Shown piece by piece: positions 11,069 to 20,572 of a DNA stretch of 64,000 nt (the stretch's first letter is position 1; the number at the start of each line of letters is the position of its first letter). Where the stretch lies: contig CBDCRP010000002.1 in assembly GCA_965221165.1 (NCBI GenBank), positions 1,056,001 through 1,120,000 on the forward strand. The letters are read 5' to 3'. The stretch is from a bacterium. Its GTDB lineage: Bacteria > UBA8248. The notes below the pieces were generated by a model, which was not told the DNA's origin, searched no databases, and saw only the letters and a program-made list of their open reading frames with translations. The position numbers and the translations under genes are program-made.

Positions 11069-12112
11069 TTGCCTGAGAAAATTAGAGTGATCGTATGCGG
11101 ATTCGGCCGCGTAGGACGCGAATTCGCGAGACTCATCACGGAGAAAACAGATTTCATGCGCACGGCCTACGGCTTGGAGCCGGCCATCGTCGGCGTGGGC
11201 GAGTTGGCAGGCAGCCTGCACCACCCCGGCGGACTCGACGCCATTGAGGCGGCGGATGCCTTCGAGCGCGAGGGAGGTTTTACAAGCCATCCGCATCTGA
11301 AAGCCGCCTGGCAGGGTCTGGACCTGATTCGCGCAGCACGCGCCGACGCCCTCATCGAGACGACGCCCACGGACATCCAGACCGGCGAGCCCGCCATGAG
11401 CCACATCCGCGAGGCGCTTTCCAGGGGAATCCACGTCGTGAGCGCCAACAAGGGCCCCTTTATCCGCGCTTATCGCGAACTGACCCGGCTCGCCCGGGAA
11501 AAAAACGTGGAGCTCAAAATTTCCGCCGCTGCGGCGGCAGCCCTCCCTACCATCGACGTCGCCGAGACGTGCCTCGCGGGTGCCGAGATTCTCGCGATCG
11601 AGGGCGTGTTGAACGGGACGACGAATTTCATACTCTCGCGCATGAGAACAAATGGGCAAAGTTACGAGGAAGCACTCGCAGAAGCGCAGACCCTCGGAAT
11701 CGCCGAGACGGACCCCACGCTGGACGTGGAGGGCTTCGACACGACGAACAAGCTCGCGCTCATCACCAACGTCTGCATGGACACGGATCTGAGGCCCGAG
11801 GATATACCGCGCGCGGGCATCGCCGGGGTATCCCTGGCCGAGGTGCGAAGCGCGGGTGCTGCGGGAAAAATCATGCGCCTGGTGGGCGTCTCGAAACGAG
11901 ACGAAAGCGGGCGCGTCTCGGCCCGCGTCGCGCCCGTGCTGCTCTCTCCCGATCATCCCCTCGCGGGCGTGGGGGGTGCGGAGAAGGGAATCACCTACAC
12001 GAGCGATACGATGGATCGCGTCACCGTGGTGGGCGGCAAGAGCGACCCTCGGGGCGCGGCGGCCGCGCTCCTTAAAGACCTTATCAACATTTATCGTCAT
12101 TCATCATCCTGA
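11069..12112 (+). CDS. hom: Homoserine dehydrogenase
   Basis: GFGRVG, VVSANKGP, GVLNGTTNFIL, AETDPTLDVEGFD. Confidence 0.85.
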   Translation: MPEKIRVIVCGFGRVGREFARLITEKTDFMRTAYGLEPAIVGVGELAGSLHHPGGLDAIEAADAFEREGGFTSHPHLKAAWQGLDLIRAARADALIETTPTDIQTGEPAMSHIREALSRGIHVVSANKGPFIRAYRELTRLAREKNVELKISAAAAAALPTIDVAETCLAGAEILAIEGVLNGTTNFILSRMRTNGQSYEEALAEAQTLGIAETDPTLDVEGFDTTNKLALITNVCMDTDLRPEDIPRAGIAGVSLAEVRSAGAAGKIMRLVGVSKRDESGRVSARVAPVLLSPDHPLAGVGGAEKGITYTSDTMDRVTVVGGKSDPRGAAAALLKDLINIYRHSSS

Positions 12113-12127
12113 ACCCGGAGATTTTCC

Positions 12128-13729
12128 ATGAACAACGCGGACCTGATCGTCAAAACCATGAAGGAAGCGGGCGTCACGCACTGCTTCGGCATCCCGAGCG
12201 GAAACGTCCTGCCCATGCTCGAGGCCATGCGCAAGGGGGGGCTGGAATTCGTCCTCACCGCGCATGAAGGCTCCGCGAGCTTCGCCGCCGACGTGATGGG
12301 CCGCCTGACGGGCGCGCCGGGCTTTTGCATCGCCACCCTGGGACCGGGAGCCACGAACCTCTCGACCGGCGTGGGCAACGCCTATCTGGACCGCTCCCCG
12401 CTCATCGCCCTCACCTGCAACCTGCATACGCACCAGCTCGGACGCCGCATCCAGATGTATATCGACCACCACACCCTCTACCGGCCCATAGCCAAGGCGA
12501 GCCTTCCGCTCAGGAAAGGCCGCGTCGCCTCCGTGCTGGAAGAAGCAATGGGCCTGGCGATGAGCGAGCCGCACGGCCCCGTTCATCTGGATCTCCCCGA
12601 GGACGTATCGCTCGCGCCCGCCACCGAGGAACTGCCTCCGCTTCCTCAGGGAAAGCGCTACCGGGCGGCGCCTGAGAGCGCATTCAAAAAACTCGAATCC
12701 CTTCTGCAAAACGCCAGACGGCCCGTCGCCGTCCTGGGTTCGACGAGCATGCGGATGGAAAATCCGGCGCTTCTGCGCGCCTTCATCGACAGGCACCAAC
12801 TCCCCTTCGCCACGACCACCATGGCGAAAGGGATGATAGATGAGGATCATCCGCTATCCATAGGCTGCATCGAACGCGGAAAGCGCCAGGTGCAGCGCGA
12901 GTTCCTGAGAAGCGCCGACCTGATCCTCGGCATCGGCTACGACGTGATCGAGGTGGAATACGAACAATGGATAAAGGACGCGCCCCTCGCAAGCGTGGAC
13001 ATCGACCCGGTGGACGCGGATTCTTCGGTCGACATCGCGCACGAGGTGGTCGGCGACCTGGATGCGTCTTTAAGACGCATGAACGATTTCACGCCCGGCG
13101 CCTACGAGTGGCCTTCTGACGCCGCCTTGCGGCACAAGGAGAAATTCCAGAAGGCCCTGCGCCCCGAGGTCCCGCATTTCGCGGCCCATGAGGCCATCGA
13201 CGTGGTGCGCGAGGTGACGCCCAAAGAGGGGATACTCTCCTTCGACGTGGGCGCGCACACGCACCAGATAGCCAGCCAGTGGAGCGTGCACGAGCCGCGC
13301 ACCTTCCTGATCACGAACGGGTGGTCCTCGATGGGCTTCGGCCTGCCGGGGGCCATCGCCGCGAAACTCGCGCATCCCGAAAAACCCGTCGTCGCTCTCA
13401 TAGGGGACGGTTGTTTCCAGATGACGTGCGGCGAGGTGGCCGTCGCCAAGAGAATGGGGCTCGCCATCCCCATCGTCGTCCTGGACGACCGCTGGCTCTC
13501 GCTCATCCAGGTCAAACAGGACAGGCGGGAGTATGGCCGCTACGGCACCGAACTCCAGGCCGAGGAATACCAGGCGCCGCCCGCTCATTATTTCGGCGTC
13601 CCGGCCGTGGGCGCGCGAACGCCCGAGGAGCTCAGGCGCGCGCTCACGGAGGCCTTCAACGCCGACGGGCCCACGATCATCGAGGCGGTGGTGGATTCCG
13701 CGCACTACGACGATACGGTGTTCGACTAG
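12128..13729 (+). CDS. ThDP-dependent enzyme (acetolactate synthase large subunit-like)
   Basis: HE, GPGATN, SMGFGLPGAIAA and GDG motifs. Confidence 0.85.
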   Translation: MNNADLIVKTMKEAGVTHCFGIPSGNVLPMLEAMRKGGLEFVLTAHEGSASFAADVMGRLTGAPGFCIATLGPGATNLSTGVGNAYLDRSPLIALTCNLHTHQLGRRIQMYIDHHTLYRPIAKASLPLRKGRVASVLEEAMGLAMSEPHGPVHLDLPEDVSLAPATEELPPLPQGKRYRAAPESAFKKLESLLQNARRPVAVLGSTSMRMENPALLRAFIDRHQLPFATTTMAKGMIDEDHPLSIGCIERGKRQVQREFLRSADLILGIGYDVIEVEYEQWIKDAPLASVDIDPVDADSSVDIAHEVVGDLDASLRRMNDFTPGAYEWPSDAALRHKEKFQKALRPEVPHFAAHEAIDVVREVTPKEGILSFDVGAHTHQIASQWSVHEPRTFLITNGWSSMGFGLPGAIAAKLAHPEKPVVALIGDGCFQMTCGEVAVAKRMGLAIPIVVLDDRWLSLIQVKQDRREYGRYGTELQAEEYQAPPAHYFGVPAVGARTPEELRRALTEAFNADGPTIIEAVVDSAHYDDTVFD

Positions 13730-13834
13730 AAAACCGGAAACTCCAGCTTCACAGGAATCACATTCGCGTAATAAGGATTTGCGATGACGCCGGAGGATTC
13801 TCCCCCGGCGAATCGCCCCACCGGCGAATCCAAC

Positions 13835-14065
13835 TATTATCCTTGTATATTTAAAGTTAGACTTTTAATTTACTAGGATAATACGTCCATTTCCCGCCAG
13901 ACAGCACCGGACGCGCTCGACTGCGAACAGAGTCGGAGCCTTGCTTTCACAGTGCCTCATTGGCAAATTTCCTTGTATATTTAAACTTAAACTTTCAATC
14001 TAAAAGGAATAAATATAATTATCCTTGCAAATTTAAAGTTTATATTTTAATTTACAAGGATGATA
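13835..14065. repeat. Three imperfect copies of an AT-rich ~45-bp palindromic unit
   Basis: Copies at about 13835-13883, 13968-14009 and 14019-14065 with consensus TCCTTGyAwATTTAAAsTT...TTTyAATyTA(c)wAGGA; copy 3 contains the ATG of the next gene. Confidence 0.8.
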
Positions 14066-15238
14066 CACCGACGCTCATATCAAAACGTACTGAACGCGCT
14101 GGACCGCCAGGCCGCCGTCGCCCTCCTCGGTGCGCGCCAGGTCGGCAAGACGACTCTGGCGCTCGACATCGCCGAAAGCGCGGGCGCGATCTATCTCGAC
14201 CTCGAAGCCCGCGCGGACCGGGGCAAGCTCGCCGAGCCTGCGCTTTATCTCGGCGAATATGAGGATCGCCTCGTCGTCCTCGATGAGATTCACCGCGTCC
14301 CGGAGTTGTTTCAGGAGTTGCGCGGCCTGATCGATCAGGGCAGGCAGCGGGGAAAGCGAACGGGCCGCTATCTGGTGCTGGGCTCGGCGTCGCTGGACCT
14401 GCTCCGGCAATCGGGAGAAAGCCTCGCCGGGCGAATCGAATATATTGAACTGAACCCGCTCGACGTGGGAGAAGTCGCGCCCGACGCTCGGACCATGACG
14501 GCGCTATGGGTGCGCGGCGGTTTTCCGGACAGCTTTCTGGCCCCAAACGACCCCGACAGCATGACCTTCCGGCAAAATTTCATCCGCTCCTATCTGGAGC
14601 GCGACGTGGCGCAATTCGGCCGACGAATCCCGGCGGAAACGCTGGAGCGGTTCTGGACCATGCTGGCGCATGGACAGAGCGGGCCGCTCAACGCATCGAA
14701 ACTGGCCGGGGGCCTTTCGGTAAGCGTCCCCACGGTGAGCAGCTATATCGACCTGCTGGTCGGCCTGCTTCTCGTGCGTCGCCTGCGCCCGTTCCACGCG
14801 AACGTCAAAAAACGCCTTGTGAAATCTCCCAAAATCTACGTGCGCGACAGCGGCATCGTCCACGCCCTGCTCGGAATCGAGAATCACGACGCGCTCGCCG
14901 GCCACCCGGTCGTCGGCGCAAGCTGGGAGGGTTTCGTCATCGAGAACCTCCTCGCCGTCGCCCCGCCCCGGACCATGGCGAGCTTCTATCGCACCCTGGC
15001 GGGCGCGGAAATTGACCTCGTACTCGAACTTCCCGGGAAGCGGGGTCCGTGGGCGGTCGAGATCAAACGCGGACTCTCCACCAAGCCCGGCAAGGGCTTC
15101 CACCACGCATGTCAGGACGTAAGGCCCGAGCGCGCCTTCGTCGTCCATTCCGGCGAGGAGCGCTACCCCGTCACGAAGGACGTCGAGGCCATCGGCCTGC
15201 GGGAGATGGCGTCTCTTTTGGAGCGTGGGGGGGAATAA
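14060..15238 (+). CDS. AAA_14 ATPase with DUF4143 and C-terminal nuclease-like domain
   Basis: GARQVGKTT, LDEIH, LGS, SLAGR, RGGFP, KSPKIYVRDSG, EIDL..VEIK. Confidence 0.9.
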   Translation: MIHRRSYQNVLNALDRQAAVALLGARQVGKTTLALDIAESAGAIYLDLEARADRGKLAEPALYLGEYEDRLVVLDEIHRVPELFQELRGLIDQGRQRGKRTGRYLVLGSASLDLLRQSGESLAGRIEYIELNPLDVGEVAPDARTMTALWVRGGFPDSFLAPNDPDSMTFRQNFIRSYLERDVAQFGRRIPAETLERFWTMLAHGQSGPLNASKLAGGLSVSVPTVSSYIDLLVGLLLVRRLRPFHANVKKRLVKSPKIYVRDSGIVHALLGIENHDALAGHPVVGASWEGFVIENLLAVAPPRTMASFYRTLAGAEIDLVLELPGKRGPWAVEIKRGLSTKPGKGFHHACQDVRPERAFVVHSGEERYPVTKDVEAIGLREMASLLERGGE

Positions 15239-15263
15239 TCAGGCTTGGGCGCGGCGAGCGTCC

Positions 15264-15629
15264 TCAAAGAAACTGCGCGCCCTCGATTATCGCCTCATCG
15301 AAGTTCACGCCCTCGATGTCGGCGCCGATCAATTCCGCGTCCCGGAAGTTGGCCCCTGCGACGTCGGCGTCAGAAAGATTCGCGTCCCGGAGTATGGCGC
15401 CGTCCAGATCCGCGTTTCGCAAATCCGCCTCGCGCATGTCCGCGCCCGACAAATCAGCGCCTGCGAGGTTCGCGCGCACCAGACTCGCCCCTCGCAGATT
15501 GGCGTCCGCGAGATCACGTCCGCTCAGGTTCGCCCAGGAGAGGTCTTCTCCTTCCATCGAGAGGGCCTCGCCGGTCCGGGCGGCTTGCTCGATGATCTTC
15601 TCCAGTTCCTCGCGCCGCATGTTCACCAT
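15264..15629 (-). CDS. Pentapeptide repeat protein
   Basis: Continuous A(D/N)LxG repeats; exact start uncertain. Confidence 0.85.
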   Translation of the reverse strand: MVNMRREELEKIIEQAARTGEALSMEGEDLSWANLSGRDLADANLRGASLVRANLAGADLSGADMREADLRNADLDGAILRDANLSDADVAGANFRDAELIGADIEGVNFDEAIIEGAQFL

Positions 15630-15840
15630 GTAGAAAATCATAAATCAGATCGGCAAACTTGCAAGGCCGGATTGACAAGAATCCGGCGCGAAGCCTACAA
15701 ATAGACCCGCATACGGAAACTTTGGAGATGAGCGAGCGCCCCTCTTCGAAGAATTTTCATACTGAAAATGCGTGCTGCAAGCAGCCAGAATCCGGGCGGG
15801 GAGAATGCGCTTCGCTCATGAAACTCGACAGGAGAATTCC

Positions 15841-17622
15841 ATGAAGGTTCAAAAGGTGGGCGTCGTCGGTTTGGGAACGATGGGGTCGAACATCGCCATC
15901 GTCTGCGCCCGGGGCGGCAAGGAAACGGCCGTGTTCGAGGCGGGCGCGGCGGCCATGGAAGCCGGTATGGGCCGGGTACGCTCGTTCGTCGACGCCGGAG
16001 TGCAGAAAGGAAAAACCTCTCCCGAGGAGAGAGACGCGATGATGGGCCGGATTCAGGAGGCCGGGTCGCTCTCCGGGATGGAGGACTGCGATCTGGTGAT
16101 CGAGGCCATCACGGAAGACCGCGAGGAGAAAAACAACCTGCTCAGGAACCTGAACGCCGTCCTGGGTGGAGACGCCATCATCGCGTCCAACACGAGCACG
16201 CTTTCCATCTCCCACATGGGAGCGGCGTCGGGGCGGCCGTCCAAAACCATCGGAACCCATTTCTGCCTGCCCGCAGCGCTCAACAAACTCGTGGAAGTCG
16301 TCCCCGGCCTCCTCACGAGCGATGAGACCCTGAGCGCGACGACCGCCTTTCTGGAAGAAGTCGGCCAGACGCCCGTCGAAGTCAAGGACGCGCCCGGCTT
16401 CGTGCTCAACTATTTTCTCGTGGCTTTCCAGAACGACTGCATTCGCCTCATAGAGTCGGGCTACACGAACCCGGCGGACCTGGACGCGGGCGTCCGGCTC
16501 GGCCTGGGCTACAGGATGGGGCCGATGCGCCTGCTCGACATCGAGGGACTCGACATCCACCGGACGGTCTCTCTTTCGATGTACGAACAATTAAAGGACC
16601 CGAGGTACATCCCCCCGCCGCTGGTCGACCGCATGATCCACGCGGGGCACCTGGGCGCCAAGACGGGTAAAGGGTTTTACACCTACAAATCCGCGGGCGT
16701 GTTCGGCGTCGCCGAGCCCGAAGAAGACTTGAGCCAAGAGCGCGACCTCTCCCGGGGCCGGCCTCTCGCGGATGCGGTGAAAAAAGTGGGCGTCATCGGA
16801 GTCGGCGCCATGGGCTCGGGCATCGCGCAGGTCTGCATCACCGCAGGTCTCGAAGTCACCGCCATAGAGGTGAGCCCCGAGTTCCTGGAGTCAGGCCTCA
16901 CCCGGATTCGCAGAAATCTAGAAGGCGCCGTGAAGCGCGGGAAGATGGATGAGAACCAAAAAGAGGAAACGCTCGCGCGCCTCGGCGGCTCGACCGATCT
17001 GGGCGCGCTTGCGGATTGCGACCTCATCATCGAGGTGATCGTCGAGAATCTGGACGCCAAGCTCGAACTGTTCGAAAAGCTGGGAGAAATCGCGAAACAA
17101 GGCGCCATCATCGCGTCGAACACCTCGTGTTTGTCGGTAACCGCCATGGCGGCCAAGACGAAAACCCCCGAGCGCGTGCTCGGACTCCACTTCTTCAACC
17201 CCCCCTACGCCATGCGGCTCGTCGAGGTGGTCGAGGCTATCCAGACGGCGCCCGAGATCACCGAGTTCGGGGTCGCGTTCTCCGAGCGAATCGGCAAGAC
17301 CCCGATTCCCGTCAAGGACAGGCCGGGATTTCTGGTGAACCGCCTCGTCGTGCCCTATCTCAACCACGCCGCCCAGGCGTTCGACGAGGGGCTGGCGGAC
17401 AGAGAAAGCATGGACAAGGCCATCAGCATGGGACTCGGACACCCCATGGGCCCGCTCACGCTCATCGACCTCGTGGGCGTGGACGTGCAGACCTTCGTCG
17501 CCGATTCGATGGCCGAAGAGCTGGGCGAGGCCAGGTTCTACGCGCCGCCCATCCTGCGCCGGATGACCTCGGCGGGGTGGCTGGGCAGAAAAACGGGCAA
17601 GGGTTTTTATGATTACGCCTAA
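15841..17622 (+). CDS. 3-hydroxyacyl-CoA dehydrogenase with two complete tandem units
   Basis: Two GxGxMG, two ASNTS and two GxKTGKGFY motifs; RBS AGGAG before ATG 15841. Confidence 0.9.
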   Translation: MKVQKVGVVGLGTMGSNIAIVCARGGKETAVFEAGAAAMEAGMGRVRSFVDAGVQKGKTSPEERDAMMGRIQEAGSLSGMEDCDLVIEAITEDREEKNNLLRNLNAVLGGDAIIASNTSTLSISHMGAASGRPSKTIGTHFCLPAALNKLVEVVPGLLTSDETLSATTAFLEEVGQTPVEVKDAPGFVLNYFLVAFQNDCIRLIESGYTNPADLDAGVRLGLGYRMGPMRLLDIEGLDIHRTVSLSMYEQLKDPRYIPPPLVDRMIHAGHLGAKTGKGFYTYKSAGVFGVAEPEEDLSQERDLSRGRPLADAVKKVGVIGVGAMGSGIAQVCITAGLEVTAIEVSPEFLESGLTRIRRNLEGAVKRGKMDENQKEETLARLGGSTDLGALADCDLIIEVIVENLDAKLELFEKLGEIAKQGAIIASNTSCLSVTAMAAKTKTPERVLGLHFFNPPYAMRLVEVVEAIQTAPEITEFGVAFSERIGKTPIPVKDRPGFLVNRLVVPYLNHAAQAFDEGLADRESMDKAISMGLGHPMGPLTLIDLVGVDVQTFVADSMAEELGEARFYAPPILRRMTSAGWLGRKTGKGFYDYA

Positions 17623-17699
17623 GCGCACTTCTCATTAGCCGCCCCGGATTTCACGATGCGCATCGCCACTACCGCACCCACCGTATCGGGAGAGAGGCA

Positions 17700-18647
17700 G
17701 TGAGCCGCGCGTTCCCGGAACCCATCATCGTGGTGAGCAAGTGTCTCGAGTTCGACGCATGCCGCTACAACGGCGAGCGAATCGCGTTTCACTTCATCGA
17801 ACGCTTAAAGCCCCACGTCCGCTTCCGGCCGGTTTGTCCGGAGGTGGAGATAGGCCTGGGCACGCCGAGGGACCCGATACGAATCTACCTACAAGGCGAG
17901 AAGAAAAGCCTCTACCAGCCCCGCACGCAGAGGTATCTCACGCGGGAGATGAACGCTTTTTCCAGACGGTTTCTGGAGGGACTCAAAGAAGTCGACGGTT
18001 TTATCCTGAAGGCGAAATCCCCCTCGTGCGCGATCACGGACGCGAAGATATTTCCTGCCGCCACGTCAGAGCGGCCAGCCGGCGAGGGGACGGGCCTGTT
18101 CGCGGAAAAAGCGCTCAAAAAGTTCGCCGCGCGCGCGTTCGTGGACGAGGAGCGGCTGAACGACGCGGACGGTCGCGCGGGTTTTCTCACCAAAATTTTC
18201 ACGCTCGCCGGGTTCCGCGAAATCAAACAAGAAGGCCGCACCGCTGGCCTCGTCCGCTACCACGCGGAGAACAAACTACTCTTCCTGGCCTATCATCAAG
18301 AGACCATGCGCGAGATGGGGCGGATAGTGGCGAATCACGAAAAGCGCACGTTCGACGAGGTCGTCTCCACCTACGAAAGCGCGCTCATGAGACTCCTCGC
18401 CCGTCCGCCTGCGCGCGACTCATGGGTGAACGCCCTCGCCCATGCGATGGGGCATTTTTCCGAAAAAACCGGCGCGCTTGAGAAGACGCGTTTCCTTGAT
18501 GCGCTGGACGAATACCGCGAGGGAAAAATTCCGCTGAGCGAACCTCTCGAAACCCTGCAGGAGTGGAGCGCTCGCTTCGGCTCCGAGTATCTGGAAGCGC
18601 AAACCCTCTTCGAACCATACCCGCGCGCGTTGTGTGATGAGGGGTGA
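17700..18647 (+). CDS. DUF523/DUF1722 (YbgA, 2-thiouracil desulfurase-like) protein
   Basis: SKCL..CRYNG, CPEVEIGLGTPR, KSPSC and C-terminal EPYP. Confidence 0.85.
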   Translation: MSRAFPEPIIVVSKCLEFDACRYNGERIAFHFIERLKPHVRFRPVCPEVEIGLGTPRDPIRIYLQGEKKSLYQPRTQRYLTREMNAFSRRFLEGLKEVDGFILKAKSPSCAITDAKIFPAATSERPAGEGTGLFAEKALKKFAARAFVDEERLNDADGRAGFLTKIFTLAGFREIKQEGRTAGLVRYHAENKLLFLAYHQETMREMGRIVANHEKRTFDEVVSTYESALMRLLARPPARDSWVNALAHAMGHFSEKTGALEKTRFLDALDEYREGKIPLSEPLETLQEWSARFGSEYLEAQTLFEPYPRALCDEG

Positions 18648-18757
18648 ATAATCAAGAAGCCCTATCTGCATGAGCATGCGCTCTCCGGCTTGAAAAACGG
18701 TGCCCTGATCGATGTCCAATTACAGAAAACCTTCACGGTGAAATAACGGGGAGAGGC

Positions 18758-18785
18758 GTAGGGGCGGTTCGCGAACCGCCCCTAC
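18758..18785. repeat. Perfect 28-bp GTAG-type REP palindrome
   Basis: GTAGGGGCGGTTCGCGAACCGCCCCTAC is its own reverse complement. Confidence 0.85.
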
Positions 18786-18863
18786 CGGAAAACCAACACT
18801 TCTGGATTTACCCGCATCCATCCCAGGCGTGAAATTTCGGGCTACCGGAATGCCGCACGCTCC

Positions 18864-18982
18864 TCACATGCCGTCGGGTTCACCCGTGGCAGGGTCGACC
18901 GTCGACGGCTCGTAGAAATTGAAATCCTCGGCGTCGAGGTTCGCCACGTCGAAGTTTTCCAAGGTGATCGAGCCCCCGCCGT
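18864..18982 (-). pseudogene. Orphan C-terminal fragment of an RTX/Ca-binding protein
   Basis: GGSITLENFDVANLDAEDFNFYE...GM* matches the end of 20945..21757 (GGTITLENVDVADLDAEDFTFYE...GM*); no homologous 5' part upstream. Confidence 0.8.
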
Positions 18983-19113
18983 CCCCCCTCCACACACTCG
19001 TTGCCACAACGCGAGCGGCGGTGCTATTTTCACCCGTGGTGGATCGCTGTCATCAGCGGAGGCCCACCCACCTTCCATATCACCATCATTCGTTTTCAGG
19101 AGGAATCACCCTT

Positions 19114-19473
19114 ATGAAAGTGCTCATCAAGAGTCCCTGGGGTTCGGACGAGTCTACGAAAGGGTCTTTCGCCTTTTTGCACGCGAACGCCTTTGCGGAG
19201 GCGGGCCACGAGGTGCGGCTGTTTCTTCTCGGCGAAGCGGTGAACCTGATGAAAGACGAGGTGATGAACGCGGTGACGCCCGTCGGCTGGCCGCCTCTGA
19301 GAGAGACGTTTGCCCAGACGGTAAAGTTTGAGATTCCCGTCCATATATGAACGGCGTGCGCGCGGGCCCGTGCGGTCCATGAGGATGACCTGGAAGGCAA
19401 GAACGCGCGCTTCGTGACGCCCAAGGACCTGGTGGCGCTCGTGGAATGGGCCGACAAGGTCCTGAGCGAGTAA
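19114..19473 (+). CDS. DsrE-like sulfurtransferase, probable selenoprotein (Sec at codon 79, UxxC)
   Basis: AGGAGG RBS; FLLGEAV motif; in-frame TGA 19348-19350 followed by TACARAR...LVEWADKVLSE* that completes the DsrE fold; tRNA-Sec in window. Confidence 0.85.
19364..19378 (+). promoter_or_regulatory. Candidate bacterial SECIS hairpin
   Basis: GGGCC-CGTGC-GGTCC stem-loop starting 13 nt after the UGA, with GU in the loop. Confidence 0.45.
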
Positions 19474-19689
19474 TCAACCCCGACCGGGGGGGTCAATTCC
19501 GAGCGAGGAGCGAGGAATTGCAGGCTGTTGTTTTTCTCATCCGCAGCAGCCCCTCCTTCCTCAGTCGTGGGAATTCCTCCTTCTTCAGTCGGAATTCACC
19601 CCCCACCGCATCAGCCTTCGCACACAAAACGCTCGGCTTCTGCGTCGGTCTTCCCGAGGAGGAAAGACCGACCCTCAAGGGGGAGTGGA

Positions 19690-19950
19690 TTCGAGGATTA
19701 CCCCCATCCGCAAGCGCAGAAGTGATGAAGGGCGGGGAGCCTTTGAAGCCGGACAAAAATCCACGTGGATTCCCGCCCCCGGCGCGCAGACGCTCGGCGT
19801 CATCGAAAAATTCGGGAGCAGGGGAAGCGAAGTTGTGCTACCATCGTACCGGCATCCCGGCGCGAGCCCCGGGAGATCCGCCCCGGCGTCAGGGTCGCCT
19901 TCATCAAAGGGCCGGAGAACATCGGCGTCGAACCCGCCCAAAGGAACACC
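19690..19950 (+). pseudogene. Decayed VOC/glyoxalase gene fragment
   Basis: EPREIRPGVRVAFIKGPENIGVE resembles a VOC C-terminus (compare RTAFIIAPDNVVIEL at 36540..36920); frames broken, 5' limit uncertain. Confidence 0.45.
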
Positions 19951-20035
19951 CAAGAGCGAGAAACCGCGGGCGCGCCGCGAGAAGGAGCGCGCTCGCCTCC
20001 TTGGATCGTTTCATCATCAGGCATGGAGCGCGGAA

Positions 20036-20503
20036 ATGGACATTGAAAAGAGGCTGGAAGAGCTCGATATCGAGCTTCCCGAAGTCCCGACCGCCGTGGC
20101 GAACTACATCCCCGGCGTGGCGGTGGGCGAGGTGCTTTTCCTCGCCGGCACCATCGGCCAATACAACGGAGAGATACCCATTCAGGGGAAGCTCGGCGGC
20201 GGGGTCACCGTCGAGGAGGGCTATCAGTCGGCGCGCCTGTGTGGTCTCAACCACTTCGCCATGGCGAAAACGTGCCTGGGGGGCGACCTGGATCGCATCG
20301 TCCGGGCCGTGCGCCTCATCGGCTACGTGAACAGCGCGCCCGGCTTCCAGGAGGCGCCCTGGGTGGTGAACGGGGAGAGCGACCTTCTGGTCGAGGTGCT
20401 CGGCGAGGAGAGGGGAAAGCACGCGCGCGCGGCCCTGAACATCAACGAGCTCACCTACGACGCGCCGGTGGAGACCGTTCTCACCTTACAGATTCGTCCC
20501 TAG
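20036..20503 (+). CDS. RidA/YjgF family protein
   Basis: IEKRLEEL..LP...ANYIP, GKLG, NGESDLL, GKHARAA; GGAG before ATG 20036. Confidence 0.85.
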   Translation: MDIEKRLEELDIELPEVPTAVANYIPGVAVGEVLFLAGTIGQYNGEIPIQGKLGGGVTVEEGYQSARLCGLNHFAMAKTCLGGDLDRIVRAVRLIGYVNSAPGFQEAPWVVNGESDLLVEVLGEERGKHARAALNINELTYDAPVETVLTLQIRP

Positions 20504-20572
20504 CCGTCCCGGTGCGGTTTTCCCGTCGGGGTCGCGCCGGTGTTCCGCTTCGGCGATTCTCGACCGGGCGCT

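Noticed and set aside
13835-14065. Mini CRISPR array
   Set aside because: Repeats are degenerate and ~45 bp, spacing is irregular (about 85 and 10 nt), and no cas genes are present
18919-19350. 143-aa ORF as listed in the track
   Set aside because: 5' part is antisense to the RTX remnant; the real gene starts at 19114 and reads through the TGA
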